Shown: positions 1 through 6,624 of the stretch, piece by piece
Layout of the letters: each line of letters begins with the position of its first letter
Numbering within the stretch: position 1 is the stretch's first letter
DNA from: a candidate division WOR-3 bacterium
Lineage (GTDB): Bacteria; Hydrothermota; UBA3072; B12-G15
Direction of reading: 5' to 3'
Length of the DNA stretch: 10,496 nucleotides
Assembly: GCA_965649055.1 (NCBI GenBank)
Contig: CBFGJG010000062.1
Span: 1-10,496 of the forward strand
Notes under the pieces: model-generated
Seen by the model: only the letters and a program-made list of their open reading frames with translations
What the model was told of the DNA's origin: nothing
Database searches by the model: none
Translations under genes and position numbers: made by a program

Positions 1-88
1 GAAAAAGACGATGAAATTTGAACAATGGAAAAGGAGAAAAATAACCATGCACTTACACAAAATTATTGACAAGTGCCAAAATTATTAC

Positions 89-116
89 TTGAATTCTTTC
101 CTCTTTTTGCTAAAAT
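89..116 (+). promoter_or_regulatory. Putative sigma70-type promoter of the cyclase gene (extended -10, probably giving a leaderless transcript)
   Basis: TTGAAT (89-94), 16-nt spacer, TG at 108-109 and TAAAAT (111-116). ATG at 123 lies 6 nt after the -10 box and has no Shine-Dalgarno sequence. Confidence 0.6.
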
Positions 117-122
117 ATAAAT

Positions 123-3100
123 ATGGCAAAGAAGAGAAGCATTACTGAGGCAATACTATCTTTTTTGCCAAGGAATATAGATTTATCAAAAGAAGTAGAT
201 TATTTTAATTCTACATTACTTTTTGTTGATATTTCAGGCTTCACTTCAATGAGTGAAAAGCTCGCTAACCTTGGGAGGGAAGGTTCAGAGGAAGTAAACA
301 GGATAATCAATAACTTCTTTTCACCACTTATTCAAATAGTTTATAAGTATAATGGAGATATATTGCATTTTGCCGGTGATGCTTTCCTCTCTCACTTTAA
401 AGGTGATGATGAAAAGGCGACAGAAAACGGAATGTTAGCAGCTATTGAAATAATTGGATTTGCCGAAAAAAATTCATCCGTAAAAACAAAGATGGGGACA
501 TTTAATTTAAAATTACACATTGCTTTAAATAAAGGAAAGGTTTTTTATATCGATTTAAAAAACAGATATTTTTTCTGTGGGAATACTGTCAATGAACTTA
601 TGAAACTTGTTGACCTTGCAAGCTCAGGAGAGATAGTTGTTAGTGAATCGGTAAAGAAGGATATTAAAAATGCAAGGTTTAAAGAGATAAAAGGTGCTTA
701 TAAATATATTAATGGGGATTTGAAAATAAAAGAACATACTGAAAGAAATTTGTTTCCTACACAGGATATCCCTGAAGATAAAATTAAATGTTTAATCCCT
801 GATTGGCTCCTTAAAAGGATAAAGATAAAACCGGAGTTTGATTATAAAGATGGGGAACACAGAAAGATAACATTTGTATTCCTCCATTTCTCGGGAATTC
901 CTTATGATAGTGACAAGGATAAGTCTGTAAGATTGCTTAGAAAATTTAACAGAATATTAAAACTCACAGCTGATAAATATGATGGTTGGGTTAATCGTTT
1001 AGATGTTTACAAGGATAGTGAAAGGGCTTTTATTATATTTGGTTTCCCGATTGCTTACGAAGATCAGGAGGAAAGGGCATTGCTTTTTATAAATGAGATA
1101 ATAAATAATTCTGATATTAAAGATATAAAGATAAGAGCTGGTGTTAACTCCGGGTTTGTATTCATATCACCGGTTGGTAATGAGATAAGAAGAGAATATA
1201 CTATAATTGGTGATGCAGTAAATCTTTGTGCAAGGATTGCTTCATCTGCAGATATTGGAAATGTTTTTATCACTGAAGAAATATATAATAGAACTTATGA
1301 TTTATTTGAATATGAATCAATAGGTGCTAAAGAATACAAAGGTAAGAAAGATAAAATACCTATTTTTGCACTTTTAACAAAAAAGAAAATTGAGCATAAA
1401 AAAACAAATAGATGGATAAGTGAGAGTGAAAAACTGGTAAATAGGAAAAAAGAAATAGAAAAGATAAAAGAATTAATTAATCTATCTTATGCTTCAAAAG
1501 GTCAGATAATAAGAATCGTTGGTGAACCGGGAATAGGTAAATCAAGGCTCACAGAGGAAATGATAAAAATATCAGAAGAAAAGGGATTTAGTATTTTTGT
1601 GGGAAATTGTGTTTCATATGGAAGTTCATTTTCATACCATCCTTTTATTAATATATTAAACGAACTATTTGGAATATCTTTAAATGATCCAGTAGAGTCA
1701 AAGAAGGAAAAAATTGCTAAAAAATGTGAAAAAGTGAATAAGGAGCTAGTTGAATGGCTACCTTTAATCGGTGAAATTATGGGAATAAAGTTTGACGAGA
1801 CTAAACTTATAAAATATATAGACGCTAAAACTAAAAAGCAAAGGATAAATGAGATAATTTTTGAGCTTGTAAGATTTGAATCAAATGTAAAACCAATAAA
1901 CATTATAATTGAAGATATGCACTGGGCAGATTCAGGTTCAATTGATGTAATAAACTATATAGGTAGAAATATTGAAAACGAAAAAATATTATTGACACTT
2001 GTATATAGACCAATTGAGAGAATAGAAGAGTTTATGGAAAAAGAATGGTCTCATGAATTTATACTGAAAGAACTATCAGGTGAAGAAATAAGTGAATTGA
2101 TAACTAACCTTCTTTATATAAAAAATATCCCTGAAGATTTATGGAAAACAATAGTAGAAAAATCTCAGGGGAATCCATTCTATGTTGAAGAACTTATAAA
2201 ATCACTCATTGAACAAGGAGTTATTATAGAAGAGAAAGAAGGATGGAGTTTTAATAAAGAGACGAAGGAAATAAAACTACCTGACACACTTGAATCTTTA
2301 ATCCTTTCAAGGATAGATAGACTTGCATTTCAGGATAAGAATATATTGCAGATTTGTTCTGTCTTTGGTAAAGAATTTGATGAATTCCTGATAATGGGAC
2401 TTATAGATAATAAAAATGAACTTAACAGATCAATTCAAAACCTTCAACGCCTTGATCTGCTTAAAAAAGAAACTAAAACTGGTGAAGTTAAATACTATTT
2501 CAAACATATTCTTACGAGGGAAGTTACATACAATACAATTTCATATGCCAGGAGAGAAGAGTTACATAAGAAAACAGCACTTTATATTGAAAAAGAAATG
2601 CAAGAAAGAAAAGATGAATTTTTACATTTACTTTCGTATCATTTTTATATGGGGAAAGATTATGAGAAATCACTTATATATTCTGTTTTAGCTGGCGAAA
2701 GGGCAAAAAAAATTTATGCAAATAAGGAAGCAATAGAATTTTTCACAAGGGCAATAGAATCTTATGAAAGACTCAACGATATAGATAAAAAAGAGAAAAA
2801 GGAATTATACATTAAAGCACTTGAAGGACTGGGTGATGTTGAACATTTAATTGCGAAATATGATGAATCTATAAAAAGATATGAAAAAATTAAAGATATT
2901 TGTGTAGATGATATTGAAAAAATACACAATGCTACATATCAAATTGTTCTGAATATAATTTTGGGTAAAGATGATATTGATAATGCGAAGAAAATAATTA
3001 AAGAATTGCTCTTAGAGATTGACAGGATTAAGGAAAAGGACTTATTCCTGAAATCATTAAACATTCTCGGAGTTATAGAAAGAAGACGAGGAAATTATGA

Positions 3101-3815
3101 TGATGCTTTAAAATATCTTAGAGAAGGATTGGAATTGTCAAAAGAACTGAACGATAAGGAAAAAACATGTGTATTCCAGTCTAATATTGCACACATTGCT
3201 TACAATAGGGGTGATTATGACACTGCGATCGAAATGTTCAATAAATCATTGGAACTTGTGGATAGAGAAGATATGATAAGATTAGGGCAGATATATTCAA
3301 ATCTAGGGCTTATATATCAGTATAAAAAGGAACTGGATAAAGCACTTGAATATTATAATTTATGTTTGAAGATGTGTGAAAAGATAGGGTATAGAAAACT
3401 ATATGCACACACTCTTGGAGATATCGCTGTTATATATAAAGAAAAAAAAGACTATAATACAGCACTTGAATATTTAAACATGGCACTTTCTATCCTTAAA
3501 AATATTGATGCCTTAAGAGATACGGGAATAGTAATTTCTCTAATTGGCACTGTTTATTTTAGTTTGGGGGAATTTGAAAAAAGTCTTGAATATATAAATA
3601 ATTCTTTATCTATATACAATAAATTAGGTGATAAAAGACTGATTGCAACGAGCTATCAAAAAATTGGTGAGATTTATATAAAATTAAAAAGATTTAAAGA
3701 TGCTTATGAATTCCTGAAAAAAAGCGAAGAGATATTTGAAAAAATCAAAAATAAACCAGAACTGGAAAAAACCCGTGAACTTCTTAAAGAAATAGAAAAA
3801 CAAGATTTAAAATAA
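123..3815 (+). CDS. Adenylate/guanylate cyclase domain protein: tandem class III cyclase domains + STAND/AAA ATPase + TPR repeats
   Basis: 1230-aa ORF. Cyclase domain 1: LLFVDISGFT (D36) and FAGDA (D86). Cyclase domain 2: RREYTIIGDAVNLCAR (T360, N367, R371). Walker A GEPGIGKS (aa 467-474, nt 1521-1544), Walker B IIIEDMHWAD, GNPFY, YYFKHILTREVTY winged-helix motif, then ~40-aa helical repeats at the C terminus. Confidence 0.93.
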   Translation: MAKKRSITEAILSFLPRNIDLSKEVDYFNSTLLFVDISGFTSMSEKLANLGREGSEEVNRIINNFFSPLIQIVYKYNGDILHFAGDAFLSHFKGDDEKATENGMLAAIEIIGFAEKNSSVKTKMGTFNLKLHIALNKGKVFYIDLKNRYFFCGNTVNELMKLVDLASSGEIVVSESVKKDIKNARFKEIKGAYKYINGDLKIKEHTERNLFPTQDIPEDKIKCLIPDWLLKRIKIKPEFDYKDGEHRKITFVFLHFSGIPYDSDKDKSVRLLRKFNRILKLTADKYDGWVNRLDVYKDSERAFIIFGFPIAYEDQEERALLFINEIINNSDIKDIKIRAGVNSGFVFISPVGNEIRREYTIIGDAVNLCARIASSADIGNVFITEEIYNRTYDLFEYESIGAKEYKGKKDKIPIFALLTKKKIEHKKTNRWISESEKLVNRKKEIEKIKELINLSYASKGQIIRIVGEPGIGKSRLTEEMIKISEEKGFSIFVGNCVSYGSSFSYHPFINILNELFGISLNDPVESKKEKIAKKCEKVNKELVEWLPLIGEIMGIKFDETKLIKYIDAKTKKQRINEIIFELVRFESNVKPINIIIEDMHWADSGSIDVINYIGRNIENEKILLTLVYRPIERIEEFMEKEWSHEFILKELSGEEISELITNLLYIKNIPEDLWKTIVEKSQGNPFYVEELIKSLIEQGVIIEEKEGWSFNKETKEIKLPDTLESLILSRIDRLAFQDKNILQICSVFGKEFDEFLIMGLIDNKNELNRSIQNLQRLDLLKKETKTGEVKYYFKHILTREVTYNTISYARREELHKKTALYIEKEMQERKDEFLHLLSYHFYMGKDYEKSLIYSVLAGERAKKIYANKEAIEFFTRAIESYERLNDIDKKEKKELYIKALEGLGDVEHLIAKYDESIKRYEKIKDICVDDIEKIHNATYQIVLNIILGKDDIDNAKKIIKELLLEIDRIKEKDLFLKSLNILGVIERRRGNYDDALKYLREGLELSKELNDKEKTCVFQSNIAHIAYNRGDYDTAIEMFNKSLELVDREDMIRLGQIYSNLGLIYQYKKELDKALEYYNLCLKMCEKIGYRKLYAHTLGDIAVIYKEKKDYNTALEYLNMALSILKNIDALRDTGIVISLIGTVYFSLGEFEKSLEYINNSLSIYNKLGDKRLIATSYQKIGEIYIKLKRFKDAYEFLKKSEEIFEKIKNKPELEKTRELLKEIEKQDLK

Positions 3816-3848
3816 ATCTTGTATAAATAAAAAATTTGGAATTAGGAT

Positions 3849-3885
3849 AAACTGGTTTTAAATTTAATCGGGGTTTCTATTTTTT
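3849..3885 (+). terminator. Possible weak intrinsic terminator after the cyclase gene
   Basis: CTGGTT (3852-3857) can pair with AATCGG (3866-3871) using two G-U pairs, followed by a T6 run at 3880-3885. The stem is weak. Confidence 0.25.
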
Positions 3886-3894
3886 ACTATCTCC

Positions 3895-3922
3895 TTGACT
3901 TAAAAGGAAACAGTTATAAGAT
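3895..3922 (+). promoter_or_regulatory. Putative sigma70-type promoter of the carbamoyltransferase-XDH operon
   Basis: TTGACT (3895-3900), 16-nt spacer, TAAGAT (3917-3922), just upstream of a strong RBS. Confidence 0.6.
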
Positions 3923-3931
3923 AACATAAAC

Positions 3932-3938
3932 AGGAGGT
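3932..3938 (+). promoter_or_regulatory. Shine-Dalgarno sequence of the carbamoyltransferase gene
   Basis: AGGAGGT. GGAGG ends 7 nt before ATG 3945 and 4 nt before ATG 3942, which favours 3945 as the start. Confidence 0.85.
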
Positions 3939-3944
3939 TTTATG

Positions 3945-4949
3945 ATGGATTTTAAAAATAAGCATTTGATCACATTTGATACATGGACAAAGGAAGAAAT
4001 AGAACATGTCCTTGATGTTTCGGGTTTTCTTAAAGAAAAATACAAGAAAAAAGAACCAACAGAATACCTTAAATATTACACTCTTTTTATGATTTTCTTT
4101 GAACAATCAACAAGGACAAGGAACTCCATGGAAGCCGGGATGACACAACTCGGTGGTCATGCACATGACTTGACACCTGAAAAGATGCAATTATCACACG
4201 GTGAGACACCAAAGGATACTGCAAAAGTCCTTTCAAGGATGGGAGAAGGAATAGCAATAAGGAATTGTTTCTATAATATCGGGAATAGATACATAGAAGA
4301 GGTTGCAAAATATTCTGAAATCCCTGTTATATCAATGCAGGATGATGTTTATCATCCTTTACAGGTTATAGCAGACCTGATGACTATAAGGGAACATTTC
4401 GGGAATAACCTTAAAGGTCTTAAAGTTGCAATACTATGGGCTTATGCAACAAGCCATGCAAAACCTTTGTCAGTTCCACAATCACAGGCTCTGCTTTTCC
4501 CAAGATATGGTATGGATGTTGTTATTGCAAATCCGGAAGAATTTCCATTGCAGAAAAATATAATAGAGAAGGCTAAAAAAAATGCAAAAGAGAATGGTGG
4601 AAGTATAAAGATTGTGAATAGTTTTGAAGAAGGTATAAAAGATGCAGATATAGTTATACCTAAAAACTGGGGTGGATTTGGATACTTTGATAAATGGGAA
4701 GATACAGATGAACAAAAGAATATTATGAAAAAAAACCTTGAAAAGCACAAGGACTGGATATGCGACGAAAAAAGATTCAAACTTGCAAAAAAAGATGCAA
4801 AGATAATGCATGCATTACCAGCAGATAGAGGAAAAGAGATAGTTGATGAACTTCTTGACGGACCAAATTCAATAATATACGATGAGGCTGAAAATAGACT
4901 CCATACATCAAAGGCAATCCTTACACTGACAATGAGAGGTGGAGTATAA
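3945..4949 (+). CDS. Ornithine/aspartate carbamoyltransferase-family protein, YgeW-like knotted transcarbamylase
   Basis: Carbamoyl-phosphate motifs STRT (4107-4118) and HPLQ, plus EAENRLH. WAYATSHAKPLSVPQ loop and DADIVIPKNW resemble YgeW (WAYSPSYGKPLSVPQ, DADIVYPKSW). No DxxxSMG ornithine motif, and HALP replaces HCLP. Alternative start is ATG 3942. Confidence 0.9.
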   Translation: MDFKNKHLITFDTWTKEEIEHVLDVSGFLKEKYKKKEPTEYLKYYTLFMIFFEQSTRTRNSMEAGMTQLGGHAHDLTPEKMQLSHGETPKDTAKVLSRMGEGIAIRNCFYNIGNRYIEEVAKYSEIPVISMQDDVYHPLQVIADLMTIREHFGNNLKGLKVAILWAYATSHAKPLSVPQSQALLFPRYGMDVVIANPEEFPLQKNIIEKAKKNAKENGGSIKIVNSFEEGIKDADIVIPKNWGGFGYFDKWEDTDEQKNIMKKNLEKHKDWICDEKRFKLAKKDAKIMHALPADRGKEIVDELLDGPNSIIYDEAENRLHTSKAILTLTMRGGV

Positions 4950-6067
4950 AATTCAAACAGAGATGCTTTGAATGTAAAAAAGAATATGATTTTGACCCAT
5001 TTTTGATGCTCTGCCCTGAATGTTCAAAGAAAAATACGAAAGAAAAACCATTACACGGAATACTTGAGTTTATATATGATTTTGATAAAAAGGAAATATT
5101 AAATCTTCCAGTAGAAGATGATTTTTTTCCAAATATACCAGTTGGTAAAACACCTTTATTTAAACCTGATTATTTTAAATCATCAGGTTTTCAAAATGTA
5201 TTTATAAAGAATGATTCATTAAATCCTACTGGTTCATTGAAAGACAGGGCTTCTATACTTGTTGCAGCTTCTGCAAGAAAATACGGTATTAAAGAGATAG
5301 TTGTTGCATCGACAGGGAATGCAGGTTCATCCATGGCAGGAATTGGCGCTGCGTCTGGGATAAAGGTAAAATTGTTTGTTCCTGAAAAGATACCAAAAGC
5401 AAAACTTATTCAGGCAAAACAGTATGGTGCAGAAGTTGTTCTGGTTAAAGGAAACTATGATAAGGCTTATGATTTATGTATGGAATATTCCTTAGAAAAA
5501 AAAATCCTATCAAGGAATACCGCATACAATCCGATGACAATAGAAGGAAAAAAAACAGTAGTCTTTGAGATATTTGAGGAGTTAAAAAGAATTCCGGATT
5601 ATATTTTTCTTCCAGCAGGTGATGGTGTTATACTTGGTGGTGTTTATAAAGGTTTGCTTGAACTTTATAAGATGAATAAAATTAAAAAGATTCCAGAAGT
5701 ATTTGCAGTCCAGAGTGAAAGAAGTTCTGCTATTGCGAATGCTTTAAAAGAAGGTGATTTTAGAAGGATAAATGCGGATTCTATTGCTGATTCAATAAAT
5801 GTAGATGTCCCGAGGAATGGATATTATGCGCTAAAAATGCTTAAAAAATACAATGGGGAATGTGTGGTTGTAAGTGATGATGAAATTTTAAAATCTCAAC
5901 TATTGCTCTCTTCAAAGACCGGTATATTTGCAGAACCTGCTGCTTCTGCATCTTTTGCTGGATTTATGAAGATGAAGGATAGGATAGATAAAGATAAAAT
6001 AGCGGTTATCCTGATAACAGGCTCAGGGCTTAAAGACATAGAAAATGCATCAAAATTGATAAAATGA
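4946..6067 (+). CDS. Threonine synthase-like PLP-dependent enzyme (fold type II) with N-terminal CxxC...CxxC zinc ribbon
   Basis: NPTGSLKDR (PLP Lys at 5240-5242), ASTGNAG, EGKKT, GIFAEPAAS, LITGSGLKD. The ORF track starts at TTG 5003, but the frame is open upstream and encodes the first CFEC pair (4964-4975). I place the start at ATA 4946, 5 nt after GAGGT. The start is less certain than the family call. Confidence 0.88.
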   Translation: MKFKQRCFECKKEYDFDPFLMLCPECSKKNTKEKPLHGILEFIYDFDKKEILNLPVEDDFFPNIPVGKTPLFKPDYFKSSGFQNVFIKNDSLNPTGSLKDRASILVAASARKYGIKEIVVASTGNAGSSMAGIGAASGIKVKLFVPEKIPKAKLIQAKQYGAEVVLVKGNYDKAYDLCMEYSLEKKILSRNTAYNPMTIEGKKTVVFEIFEELKRIPDYIFLPAGDGVILGGVYKGLLELYKMNKIKKIPEVFAVQSERSSAIANALKEGDFRRINADSIADSINVDVPRNGYYALKMLKKYNGECVVVSDDEILKSQLLLSSKTGIFAEPAASASFAGFMKMKDRIDKDKIAVILITGSGLKDIENASKLIK

Positions 6068-6624
6068 ATTCAGATGTTATAATACTTGCAGCAGGAAAAT
6101 CGGAGAGGATGAAAACTTGGAAGATAGAACTTGATTTTAAAGGTAAGAATATGATTGAGATTGTTGTTGAAAAATTTGAAGACATTTGTAAAAATATTAT
6201 AGTTGTAGGTGGTTATAATTTTGATATGTTGAAAAAGATACTGAATAAAAAAAAGATTAATATGGTTTATAATGAGAGATACAATGAAGAAATGTTTTTA
6301 TCAGTAAAAAAAGGTGTTTCATTTGTTGAAAGTGAAAGGTTTTTTATTATCCCTGCAGATTGCCCATTTGTTAGGAAGGAAACAATCTTAAATATGCTTA
6401 GTTTAGATGAAGATATTGTTGTTCCGTTCTATAATGGTAAAGGGGGTCATCCGATTCTTATGAAAAAATATTTGAAGATTGAATTGCTGAGTGAGCCAGA
6501 TACATCAAGCTTAAAAGAATTTATCAAAAGAAAAGGATTTAAAAGGATATATGTTGATGATGAAAATATTTTGATAGATATTGATACTTTGGAAGATTAT
6601 GAAAGATACAAAGAGATATATTGA
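6064..6624 (+). CDS. mocA: Molybdenum cofactor cytidylyltransferase-like nucleotidyltransferase (MocA/YgfJ, NTP_transf_3 family)
   Basis: IILAAGKSERM...K, PADCPFV, GKGGHPIL and DIDTLEDY motifs. ATGA overlap with the upstream gene. Adjacent to XDH-family subunits, which typically use molybdopterin cytosine dinucleotide. Confidence 0.85.
   Translation: MNSDVIILAAGKSERMKTWKIELDFKGKNMIEIVVEKFEDICKNIIVVGGYNFDMLKKILNKKKINMVYNERYNEEMFLSVKKGVSFVESERFFIIPADCPFVRKETILNMLSLDEDIVVPFYNGKGGHPILMKKYLKIELLSEPDTSSLKEFIKRKGFKRIYVDDENILIDIDTLEDYERYKEIY

Noticed and set aside
66..71. Perfect TTGACA as the -35 box of the cyclase promoter
   Set aside because: No acceptable -10 hexamer 16-18 nt downstream. The 89-116 promoter fits better.
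11..148. Small ORF (ATG 11, or ATG 47 after AAGGAG at 31-36) ending at TGA 146-148 and overlapping the cyclase start
   Set aside because: It runs through the predicted promoter and has no recognisable features. Frame 1 (EKDDEI*, 1-21) could equally be the end of an upstream gene. This cannot be resolved at the window edge.
2416..2691. 91-aa + strand ORF inside the cyclase gene
   Set aside because: Alternative frame within a continuous motif-bearing CDS, with no RBS or domain signal.
5496..5555. A9 (5496-5504) and A8 (5548-5555) runs as phase-variation or slippage sites
   Set aside because: The reading frame is intact, and poly-A Lys codon runs are common throughout this AT-rich window.
3945..6067. 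Labelling the first two operon genes argF and thrC (biosynthesis)
   Set aside because: The ornithine-binding SMG/HCLP motifs and the ThrC phosphate-binding residues are altered, and the context is molybdo-hydroxylase catabolism.
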